From Octopus bimaculoides (Eukaryota): a stretch of DNA of 64,000 bases. Below are positions 1 to 12,542 of this stretch, piece by piece. How positions within the stretch are numbered: position 1 is the first letter of the stretch; each line of letters starts with the position of its first letter. The stretch covers positions 733,550 through 797,549 of the forward strand of contig NC_068989.1 of NCBI RefSeq assembly GCF_001194135.2. The letters are read 5' to 3'. A program made the translations under genes and the position numbers. The notes below the pieces were generated by a model. It did no database searches, was not told where the DNA came from, and worked only from the letters and a program-made list of their open reading frames with translations.

Positions 1-131
1 AACCAGAGTTATTTATTAGTTTGTTTCAATATAATTACTTTGTTTTTTGTAAATCTCATCTTGAGTGAAGTACTGTTGCTGTTGTCATATTTATTTGTTG
101 ATAAACTTTTCTAAAATTTCTATTCTCTCAG

Positions 132-211
132 CATCCTCTCTCGTTTCATTTCTGCTCTGTATAACCAGTATCAGGATTTGCATTTCACTTACCTAGAAAT
201 CAACCCTTTGG
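132..211 (+). CDS. ACLY: ACLY exon ([26 protein letters not shown])
   Basis: cag acceptor at 129-131, gtaagt donor at 212. Confidence 0.93.
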
Positions 212-3200
212 GTAAGTCTTCTTTCTCTTAATTCTTAAGAGTGAAATCAGAGATTTTAGCAAATAAAAGACGAGACCAATTAGTTTCTGTTGTTGTTTAG
301 CCCCAAGTCGATCTTGATCATTCAGGCCTAGTTTTTTTTTTTTATTTATTTATTCAGGATGACATTGCTCTACAAGTGCCTTTTGAATAAGGTAGGGTGT
401 GATTTGAAAGGAACTTGACTATTATTTCTAGCAAGTCAAGTGACCATATAGAGGCTTCCTTATTGGCTGATATGCAGTCTTTTTGATTCAAATACAAAAT
501 CTCTGACTTTGCTCTTCATTTTCTGGTGGTTCATTAAAATAAATACTATTGATAGCTGAGAATTGGTGGCGCTCAGACACCGTCATCACTGTCTTGAGGA
601 ATTTTTAGTCAAATGAATCGACTCCTTATGGCTGGTTCATAGGGTTACCCAGAGTTTTGTGTCCATAAAGCGCTCAGCTTTACGCACATCTTGTTAGACC
701 CTAATGGCTGGTGGCCTATAAATTGCAGGGACAAAAGGCCTTGTGGCTAGTTTTCAAAGGTGAAGCACAATGGATTTCTCCCTTAGACCAGTATCCGGAA
801 TCCACCCGGTCAGCTTGCAGGTCCCAGGATTTCAGTAGGAATTGTCTGAAGTGTAAACAAGGTCCAAAGACTTCCGTCCTGGAGTTTAATATGCTCCCCA
901 GGTTGAGGGAGTTTTTTAATACCCTTGCCTGTTTTGTTATGCACAGCTTGCAGCATTTGCTCTCATTGATGTAGGAACCTGGTTTTCTAGAATTTTCCAT
1001 GTGATTTCAGGTGCCACACATGGCTGGCCAAGGACGTGGCATAACTTCTATCCAGATAGTGATCTATGGGAGACAGTCCCTTGCACTTGACCTTTCTTCT
1101 TTGTGTTTAAAAATTAGCCACGAAGCCTTTTCCCCCTTCCAATTTGAAGAGAGGTTATGGGCCACCGGCCATTAGGGTCTGATGATGTGTGTGTAAAGCT
1201 AAATACTTTATGGACACAAAGCCCTGGCTAATCCTATGAACCAGCCATAACTAACATTCTCTAAATACTCTACTGCTCTATAATTTAGAGTGTACTTTTC
1301 TTTCGAATTTATGTTTTACTGACAATATATATATATATATATATGAAAATAAAGGCATCCATATAGTCTGCATCACAAGGTATTGATTCACCTGAGGCTG
1401 CAGTAAAAGACATTTCTCCAACAAAACAAAAAGTGAATGAAAGCTAAAATTATGTGACTGCCAAGTGAACTCTTCGACCATTCAGCCTGAATACCATAAA
1501 AACATGTACGAATATTATTAAACAGAAATTATGAGCAAGGAGCCCGGATGACAGTATTTTCTATTACATTAAAAGTTATTTGTAATTATGAAATGCTGTG
1601 ATGTATTTTCTCCTCATATATACTTCCTCAGTGATAAAGTTATGTTAATATTAGTATAGATTAATGAGATTTATAGTATAACACTCACCATAAGAAATAC
1701 AAATGGTTCGTAGTCTGAAAATGTCTTCATCAAATGAAGTTTTTTTTATATTTTGTTTAGTTGTGACCAATGGCAAAGTTTTCATCCTTGACTTAGCTGC
1801 CAAGATTGATCAGTGTGCAGAATTTTTGTGTAAAGCAAAATGGGGTGATGTAATGGAATTTCCACCCCCTTTTGGCCGGGATGCTTTGCCAGAGGTAAGT
1901 TTTTTTTAAGTTTGGGAAACTCTGAAGTTCCTAGGGAGCTCTACATGGTGCCCACTTTCAATTTCCATTTTATTTCTTTTTTACTATTTCAATTCTTTTA
2001 TTTCACTGGTTTTGACCCCAGTTTTTAGTCTAGTACTCATTTTATCTGATGACTATTCCCCGAGAGAATAACAAGGAATTTACACCAATTCACTCAAAAG
2101 TACACATGCATGCGTTCACATGACAGGCTTTTGCACAGTTTCCATCAACCAAGTTTCAGCCACAAGTTTCCTTTCAAACCAAAACTAAAGTACAAGATAT
2201 TGACTCAAGTTTCTGCTGAGTGGAACCAAATGTAGAATTATATAGTTGTGAGGTCAACTTATTAGCCATAGAACCATTGCTAAATTTGAGAACAGCAAAA
2301 ATAGAAGACAACCTGATTTCTCTATTCCCGAAATCCCTCTGAAACTTTGTGTAAATGTGAGGAGCAAGTATTTACTTTTGTGAACAGGTTTATGTTGTTG
2401 TACCTATTGTACACAACTAAGTGAATTGTGGTATGTTGGATAGTGTTCAACTCAGTGGCTCAGCAAACTACTTGTTGTGGATACCATGGTTCATAACCAA
2501 AGAGTAAAGTACCTCATGCACTTTGTCATTTTCAACTGTTTAATGTTCTATTTATGCAACAAGGCTATTCTCATTAAATTACATTTTATGACTCCTATTT
2601 TTGATACAATAAATCTGAATTTTGCAATTATTAGATCAGCTTTTAAAAATTTCTAACCCTAACCCTATCTTTAAAATTAAATTTTGTGATTATGTTGTAT
2701 TAACTTATTGTCATTAACTCCTCTTCAACTCCTAATATGAAAACCTCCCATTTCATGACATTATCTTGCAAATATTTACTGTTTTACACTGGCATCCTCC
2801 ATTTAAAATTGACTCTGATATTTTCTTATTTCTTCTCTTTAGGAAGCTTATATTGCTGATCTTGATGCCAAGAGTGGAGCATCTCTTAAACTAACGATTC
2901 TCAATAAAGTAGGCCGGATTTGGACAATGGTTGCTGGAGGAGGTGCTTCTGTTATCTATGCGTAAGTTATTTGTTGTTTTATGTGATACAGCTTAATGTT
3001 TCCAAACAAAATTGTTATTATTGTTATAGTCTTATATTTATCATTTTATAGAGATTTACTTAAAAATGAACTGCAGTCTTGAGTTAGGAGTTGTAATTTT
3101 CCATCAGAATGAAATACTGAATGCCTCTTGAAGCAACCGTAAAAAATGCAGATAAGAAATAACAGAAATAGTTTCATGAATAAGAGTTATGGTTTGATCT

Positions 3201-6200
3201 CCTATTAAAAAATGCTGATAATCAATTATTAAAAATTAATTGTGATGAAATATATTGTGACTGATATTTTTATAAAACATTACACTAGTTTGATAAAGAA
3301 TGTGGTATTTGCTACAACCAAGAATTGTTGAACTCCTTCTAAATTCCAATTCTATGTTGGACAACTTTTAAATATTTTCTTGATGCTTGCCTTCTTTCAG
3401 CGATACTATTTGTGATCTGGGAGGAGCATCAGAGCTGGCTAACTATGGAGAATATTCAGGAGCCCCCAGTGAAATGCAAACCTATGAATATGCCAAAACT
3501 ATTCTTAGTCTCATGACAGAGACCAAGCATAAAGAGGGTAAGTTCAATGATGCTTCTCTTGTAATCGCATCTATTCAAAGAAACTTTCAAAGTTAAAAGA
3601 TTTCAATAATTTCATAAATGAAAAAATCAGTCACAGTGTCTGCATATAATGTGTTCCTTCAGTTCCTTCATGCTTGAATAATTTTGGAAATTAAACCATA
3701 ATTGTGTCTAATGTTGTACAGTAGTAATAACAGCCGAGCTCAGTGATTGAGAGGCTTGTTAAACTATATATTAGACATGAACGAGGGGAGATAACTGGTG
3801 CCTGAATATGCCCCACCCAAACAAATTAAAAGCAGACTGACTTGAGAATATTATATGGAATTGGTAATCTAATACCAATATCGCATCAGCACTTCTGTCA
3901 GCCACTGGATGTGTTTGATCGAATTCTTTTTGAGCTGCATCAGAATCTTTTAAACTTTTCAACATTCCATCAATTGTAAGTAATCCATGCCTGTGTTGCA
4001 AAAATCATTGCTGAAACAATTGGAAATACTTGGCCCAACGCCCAAAGAAACTGGATTTTGATGTGGAGTTTGCCAATTACCGTTATATTGGGAAATCGGT
4101 AAAGTGCCAACTCTAAAGTTTCCGGTAAACTGAACACATCCTCCATTTAGTTAAACCTGAGTTTTTAGAACCAAAACTGTTTCTACTTTAAGGAATACCA
4201 TAAACTTTACAGAAGTACTCCAGGTTTAATTTTTCTTGATCAATTGATAATTATTAGTTCTTAATAAATAAGATTAGTACTAGTTAGAGGAAATGCCATA
4301 AGTTTATATTGTATCAGAATGTAATTCTACTCTTGACACCAGCATTTAAGATTTATTTAGCAAGTAGTACATATTTTTGAATATTGAAATAGTTACTTTT
4401 GTTTAGTCTGTATCCGTGCTGGAAGACAAAAAATACTAACAGCCGGCTTGTGTGAATTTTCTGAAACTCCTCCCCTCGGCCCTTGGGGAAAAATTTTCCC
4501 AACAAATTCTGATATTTATCAGAATCCACACTATGTGAAGCATATTTGTAGAAAATTTCATTAAAAGTATCTATTTTTGTGAAAGTGAAGTGAAGTGGGG
4601 TGGACACATCTGTGTAGGTATGTTTACCTCTTTGTAACACAATAAAGTGTTTTCCTAACCATTCATTGTGGATAAACATCCGATGGTGAAATGAACAGAA
4701 CAACAAATAGAAACTTGTGTTTATCATAATTTTCTTCTTTATTATTTATAATTATTTTCTTGCAGGCAAAATTCTTATTATTGGTGGTGGTATTGCTAAT
4801 TTCACTAATGTTGCGACAACATTCAAGGTTTGTATCTCAACATTGTTAATTTCATTTGATGATCGTATAAGATATAATTTATTGATTCAGAATTAAAGTT
4901 TCAAAAATCAATTCTTCAGCAATTTTTGTATAAAATATAAAATTACTTTGCTGTAGTTGTACTGCTGCTATTCATTTTCTGCTATGCATAAAATTGAGAT
5001 GTGCAAATCGAAAAATGTTTCTTTGTTGGGATTTGAATCCAGGCCATGTTTGGGTAAAAGCTATTAAAGACTGAACATTTTCTAATCTTCAGTTGATTTT
5101 CAATGATGGTTTCAACATAAATTTGTGTGAGTGAAGAGGTGAGAGAATGGGAGAGATTATAACGTAATAAAAACAATCCTGATGACCCTCAGTTGTTTAA
5201 TCTATTTTTTTCATTTTATCATAAGCAATCACCAACCTTTTGAGAAACATTTTGTAAGATGTTTTATCTGTATTTCAATGGCAGTTTATATCTTAACACC
5301 AATGTTATTTGTGGCCATGGCACTTGGCTCTAAACAGCCAAGTCCATGTTTCTCTAAATAGGTGCAGTGAAACAGATTGGTTTATTACTGTTGTGAAGCT
5401 GATTCATTATCTTGTAGAGCAAAGTTAAATTCTTCCTCTCTGTAATAGATTTCTATTGAAGCCAAACTAAGATTTCTCTTTCTTAATGCCGTAAAGATAA
5501 GCATCAGCTTTGAAAATTCTTGTGATTCTGGAAAGAATTTGCATTAAAAATGGGGTAAAATGACCAAGAAATGGTTCATTTAATCCTTAAATTCCACCAA
5601 ATCAGTGATTTAGTATAATCATTAATTTGTTCACTTATGATTTTTTAGTCTAAATTGCATTTCTTAATCTTGAATGCTACTTATAAAGTACTAATTTTGC
5701 AACCAACTTTCGCACCTCATGTGACTAATTTTCTCCATTTTTAACAACATATTAAACTGAACTTTATTGTCTTGACTTTGTAGGGAATTGTACGAGCTCT
5801 AAGAGAATATCAGCAGAGATTGATCGAACACAATGTCTCCATCTATGTTCGACGTGGTGGACCTAACTACCAGGAAGGGTTGCGTATCATGAAAGAACTT
5901 GGCAAGTTATAACTCTGTACTAGCTCTGTCTTTGAGATGTGTTTTGTGGCTGTATGATTAAGAGGTTCACTTCTCCATCGACCACGTAGCTTCAAGTTCA
6001 GTCCTACTGAATGGCACCTGGGGCAAGTGACTTCTATGATAGCCTAAGCCTACCAATGCCTTGTGAGGGAAACTGAAAGAAGCTCGTCATGTGTAATATC
6101 ATTGTCATAATCATTTCAAGGATGATTGGAAACAAGGGATGCTTGCTTGAATGAGAGTGATGCTTATTTACAACAATTGTGCAGTATCATGTGTACTCAA

Positions 6201-9200
6201 CACTGGCCCCCCTCCACTTTCACCAATGGTTTATAGTCATGAGACATAACTTCACTAAATCTACCATTGTATACATAAATACATTTTGTAAATTCTTTTA
6301 TCTTTTAATTTTATTCTTAAGTACAAAAACAAAATTGACTTATTTCTTTAAATTTGTATTATTTTTTTTACAATTCTTTTGTTTCCTTTTTTTTTTTCAA
6401 GGTTCCACACTTGGGGTTCCGATCCATGTTTATGGTCCTGAAACTCATATGACTGCCATTGTTAGCATGGCACTTGGCAAGAAAGACATTCCAACCACTC
6501 CACAACCTGTGCAAACTACTGCTAACTTTTTACTTCCAGGAGGGACAGTGAGTTTGTCTTTGTTTTTAATGGTTACCAACTATTTTAGTTCTCTTTTCTG
6601 TATAGTTTCCTCAGAGGAGGAAGGACAGCATCCATGAGCCCATGTCAGAGACCTGGACTGCGCTAGTAGATCCTTATGAATTCTTTTCTGAGGTGCCTAT
6701 AAAAAAAAGGTACCACGTGATTAAGAACTGTCAAAAGGGTACCATATACTAGATGAGTGTAAAATAGGTACCATATTATACAGAATGGTAAAATGCATAC
6801 CATGTGATAGAGGACTGTAAATAGATTATGTGTAATAGAGATCTGTGAAATATCATCATCATCATCATCTAATATCTGCTTCCCATGCTGGCATGGATTG
6901 AATGGTTTGCCATTGTCTGTGAAGTAGTTGGAAGGGCATCAGGCTGTAGAAACCATGCCAGAACAGAGTGTACTGGGTTCTTTTTATGTTACATGGCACC
7001 TGTGTGAGTCCCAGTTGAGAAAAATGTTTTGAGTAATTTAAAATATGACCATCTGGAATTGTAAGAAAGAACTGTATGGAGAATTAGAATTGATTCTGCA
7101 TAGCCATTACTTAATAGACGTGCAGTATATCATCATCATATGTCCGTTTTTCATGCTGGCATGGGTTGGACGGTTTGACAGGATCTGGCCTGGCTGCATG
7201 TCTGTCTTGGCATGGTTTCTATGGCTAGATGTCCTTCCTAACACCAACCACATTACAGAGTGGACCGGTGCTTTTTATGTGACACTGGCACGGGGCACTT
7301 TTACATGGCACCAGCACCCATGAGCCTGTAAGATTAGGATCACTCAGCTGAAGAAGTATGTAACTTGGAATGCCGAGTTAAAATCCTCCATAACTGTGGT
7401 AAAATATTTCATTTTAAAAACAAAACAGCTCCAAAACATTTTAGATTTATTAAACAAACAAACTACTACTGCAATTAGATTGTGGGTGATTGAGAACAGC
7501 TATGTAAGCCATGTGTATTTTTATATACATTTTTTCATGTTTGTAAGTATTGTTCCAGACGAATGTATGTTCACAACTTGATTACTGAACCAGTTCCACC
7601 TATTAACTTTCAAATTTGTTTTAAATGGTTTTATTCCAGCCTCTGATATTTCACTGCCATTATACAATCCCACATCAAACAAATACAAGTCCAACATTAT
7701 TCTATATTTCTCTTTTATTTTTGTATTTTCTATTTGTTTTCATTTTTCAATTAATTATATTTTTGTTTTTCCTTTCAGAACATGCAGGTAATCCTTGCAG
7801 CTCCGCCTTCTCCCCCTCCCCTTTCTTTCTCTATTGGACACAGTAGCAAGCATGATTCCATTGCAATTCTCTTCGTTTCTTTTAGCTTCTGTCTCTCCCA
7901 TGTTTATGCTACTCTGCACTTCTATATTCATGATTGTGTTAGTGGTGTTGATGTTGTGATAAGTATCCCTGGTTTCTCTTCTCCATGGAATATCGATTAT
8001 ACAGAGACACTTGACCTGAAGTATTGCGTGCGCACACGTGTGTGTGTGTGTCAGTTGGTAAATGTTCTGACTATTCTAAACACATTAGCTTTGAAAATTA
8101 AATAAAACTGCTTCAAAGTGGAATGGAAGTCGGTAGATCTGGCTAGCCAGATGCTTATTTTTGTTCTCTACCTCTGATTACCATTTTAAATGGAGCTGTT
8201 TGCAGTACCTGGGTGTCTCATCATCATCATCATCATCATTCAACGTATGTCTTCCATGCTGGTATGGGTCGGATGATTTAAGAGGAGCTGGAAAGCCTGA
8301 GGACTGCACCAAACACCACTGTCTGTTTTGGCATAGTTTTTACAGCTGGAATGCCTTTCCTAATGCCAACCACTTTACAGAGTGGACTGTGTGCTTTTTA
8401 CATGTCACCAAGTAACTTGCCAGATCCTTTGAGGGGCAGCCAATTTTTAGCTTATGTTAACTGACAGGTATTAGTAAAAAAACTTATGCAAGACTTCTAC
8501 ACTGCTTCTCTGTTCAAAATTCTATGGCTACATGAGGCATTGACCAAGCCAAGTGTATGAGAGCAGAAACTTGCTGAAATGTGAGGTTTGACCATTCCTG
8601 AACCTGAGACTGTTTGTGATAGCAAAATGAATTGCTTAACCTCCTCACAAAGTTGTCTAACCCCAAGTCAGCTCTGGTTGAACCAACCTATGATCAAAAG
8701 CATTCCAATGGTGACCATTCCATCTTTGTCTTATCTGCATGGAACCCAAGACCACATTAGCCAGTGTGACATAGATGATAGTGTAATTTCTAGGTAGGTA
8801 TGGCTACTCTTTCTAGCAGCTTGACTGACCACATAGAGGGGAAAAAACGTGTTTGTATTTTCAATATGTTTTGACCATCTTTTCCTTAAAAAATGTTGAT
8901 ATTAATTCATTATGAAATCTGTTAACAAGAACTGGTTTGAACGCTATTAAAACATTTTGCAATTGGTTAAATACTTCATATTTTAGTGCCAAATGGCACA
9001 GAAGTCTTTAGCAATAGATGTCTTTATTAACATATGACTGGCCAAAGGTCTTTCAGCAAACGATGTCTTGTAGTTGCCAGTGATAAGTTATTTCTCTCCA
9101 GTAATCTAGATCTGTCACTTGAGGTTACAGTAATAAATGATTTCTCTGACATTTAATGTAAATTATTTGTCACTTTGAATTTACCTGCCATTGAATACCT

Positions 9201-12200
9201 AACAGCTGAGGATCAAGGAATAATCTGTGATTGTTTTTATTGTAATTTCTTATATTTTTTAATGAATGAATTTTCACAAAAGCGTTACAACTAGTCACTT
9301 AATGAAGTAATTACAGCCCATGAAATGAAGGATCTGCAATTTGTATCTTGTAACCAGCTTTGTGCTATATTCCTGGTTCAAAGCAAGTCTAGTTCATCTG
9401 ACCAAATATAAAGATGATACAATTCCCTGTTGAAATCAAAGAGTAGGAGGAACACCATAGTTGAGGAATGTTGCATTATTTTGTACTGTGAGCTCAAACT
9501 CCAACAAACTGGTTTGCTATCCAGGAGGATATGACTTATCTGTTCAATTGCAAAGATTAGTATAATCTCTCTCTCAGTAATAGCAGGTGATAAACTAGGA
9601 TGCTGATTATTATTAAGATTAGTGTATTCATGAGTTTTATAATTGTGCTAAGATTATAGTATGAATTAATCTTGAGTTAGCATTTTTTTTTTTTTGTGGC
9701 TAATAACCTTTGACTAGATTCGGAGCTTGGTTCTCTTTTTTTCCCCATCAACCTTTTAATGCTTTGTTGTCCCAGCATCATGATGCATGTGTAACCTGAA
9801 TGAACTGAAGAGTGATATTAACCATTTTATTCCTTCGTTCCCTTATTATTTTCTTTGGAACAAGAGAATAGAAAACTTAAAATTAAAGAAACCAATGTTT
9901 TTATTTTCCCCCCTCAGGGTGGAGGGAGACAGTCAAGGAAATTAATTTGCTGGCTAAATTATAGAATTAATTTTAATTCCACTTGATTTTGAACTAAGAT
10001 TCTTATGGGTTGATTATAAATACCTTTCACACAAACATTTACTGTGTATTTAGCAAGAAATTTAATTTTTGTTATTGCCTGGGTGTGGTTAAGAACTTGG
10101 TTTCCCAACCATGAGACCTTCAGTTCAATCCTGCTACACAACATCTTGAAATTCTTCTACTATAGCCATCAATTGACTAATGGTTTGTGAATGAAATTGG
10201 TTGATGGAAACTGTGTTGAAGCCTATTGTTTGTCTTTACATTAACATCTTTTGAGAAAAGATGGGTCTGTAACTTGGCAATACAATTAAGAGATTGCTAA
10301 AGAAAAAAAGTCCCAGGTTTCAAAATAAGTACGGGGGTGGTGGTGATAGAATTAATTAGTAATTAATAGGTATTTGTTAATCAATGTGGGTGTTATTGAC
10401 TTCAGAAGAGGAAGAAATAGAGATTATACCATTCCTATATTTCCCAGCAAAGTAAATGGAAGTTGCCACTGGGAATCAGAATCCAGTTCTGTATTCAGCT
10501 CAAGAATTTTATACTTTCCAAAGGCCACTTCTATAGAAATCTCAAGCAACATGCATTTCCCCATTTTTCATTATTATACAAAATTATTTTGGAGATTCTA
10601 ACAACTGCTTGCACATTTAGTTACTTATATTTAGCTTCCATGTTTGATTATTTCTAATTTTTCTTGTGTTATTTTCTGTTTTGCTTGATATTCATTTTGT
10701 GTGTTAATTGTTCAATCAATCTTCAATAAGTAGATTTTAAATTGTATACTAATTAACACCTCCCACCCCTGGGTTTTGTTTGTGCCTTTTGATGTTTTTG
10801 TTTTGCTTTTGTTTAAACAAGAGCAATGTTTTTTGCTAAATTTTTGTTGTCAGCATGCATACAAATTTTATATTGTGAACATTTTTTTTTATTCCTAACA
10901 AAAGTCTGTGTACATTGAATGTTTAAGTAAATCATCATCATCAAAACTTTATATACTTATTAATTACTAAATTATTTTAGGCCACTAACCTCTTAGGAAC
11001 GCATTTAGTATTTGCACTCATTGACAAATTGATGTGCATAACAGTGCATAAGATTTTATTAGTTTTGCACTTTTATTACATTATTTCACAACAATGTGAC
11101 CCAATTATCATCATCATCATCATCGTTTAACGTCCGCTTTCCATGCTAGCATGGGTTGGACGATTTGACTGAGGACTGGTGGACCAGATAGCTACACCAG
11201 GCTCCAATCTGATCTGGCAGTTTCTACAGGTTTTTTAAAATCTCTTATCATAGACACAGATTTATATTACGCTTGGTTAATAGAAATATAGAAAAAGTAA
11301 TGGAGAAAAGCGCATTCTAATTGTATTCTATAAATATTGGATAACATACCTTGAGGTTTTGAATGCTTCTTCATCCTTTTCTTGTACACTTTTTATCAAG
11401 GGTTGCTTTGGCCAATCTTATGGAAGTGCAGCCTGTTTAACTACTGAGGCAATGCAATAACTACATTCACATAGATCATCATCATCATTATCATCAATGA
11501 TTAATGTCTCTTTCCTATGCTGGCATGTGTTGGACGGTTCGACAAGAGCTGAAGAGCTGCCCAGGCTCCATGTCTGTTTTTGCATGGTTATTATGTGCTC
11601 TTGCACAACACCAGCACTCATGACCTGCATGATTAGGGTTGCTCAGCTGAAGAGAGATGCAAGGACCACCATGATTTCATGATTTCACTTAGCTTGATGT
11701 GTCTTTCTCAATAAACAGTCAACCACCAGAAGTCTTGCTCCCTTGTCATCCTCTCTGCGAGGCTCAGCGTCTGACAGTTCCTTATTAGACAAATGGTTTT
11801 TGTAACTGATACACTTTCTGTTACTACAGGATTGGGAGCTGCTGGTCAGCTGGGCAGAGTAATGAATCTGGGTCAGAAGTATCAAATTGTTGGATAAGGT
11901 GATGAAAGTCATGGAGAGGGTCATGGCCCAAATAATTGGGGAGAGTTAGCTGAGATGAAATGCAGTTTGGTTTTGTGCCAGGGAGAAGCACCACTGATGC
12001 TATATATCTGGTAAGGCTGTTGCAGGAGAAATACTTGGCTTTTGTTGACATGGAGGAATCCTTTGACAGGGTCCCCCAATCCCTTATCTGGTGGTCAATG
12101 TGGAAATTAGGGATAGACGAGTGGTTGGTGAGAGCTGTACAAGCTATGTACAGGGATGCTGTCAGTAAGGTGAGGCTTGGCAATGAGTACAGCGATGAAT

Positions 12201-12511
12201 TGATTTCCCTCAAGCCAACTGAAATCCTAGTCATGGCTGATACTGGTGTCATGCAAACGGCACCCATGCTAGCAGCAGGCAAAAGCACCTGTCACACCCT
12301 TGAAGTGACTGGCGTTAGGTGGTGCATCCAGCTCTAGAAGCTATGACAAATCGGACTGAAGTCTGGTGCAGCCCCTCAGCTTGCCAGCTCTAGTCAAACA
12401 GTCTAACCCATGACAGCATGGACAAATGAACATTAAATGATGATGATGATTATATAGATATGGTGCTCCAGCATGGCCAGAGCCTTTAGGCAGTAACATA
12501 AAAATAAATAA

Positions 12512-12542
<31 letters not shown>

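Noticed and set aside
6705-6845. Regularly spaced ggtacca motifs superficially like a CRISPR array
   Set aside because: Units are short and diverged, the context is a eukaryotic intron, and there are no cas genes.
9900-9990. Strong acceptor-like ccctcag followed by [12 protein letters not shown]...stop, a possible alternative last exon giving an N-half-only ACLY
   Set aside because: No good donor and no clear polyadenylation signal; a lone acceptor match is expected by chance in 9 kb. Revisit only if 3'-end reads map here.
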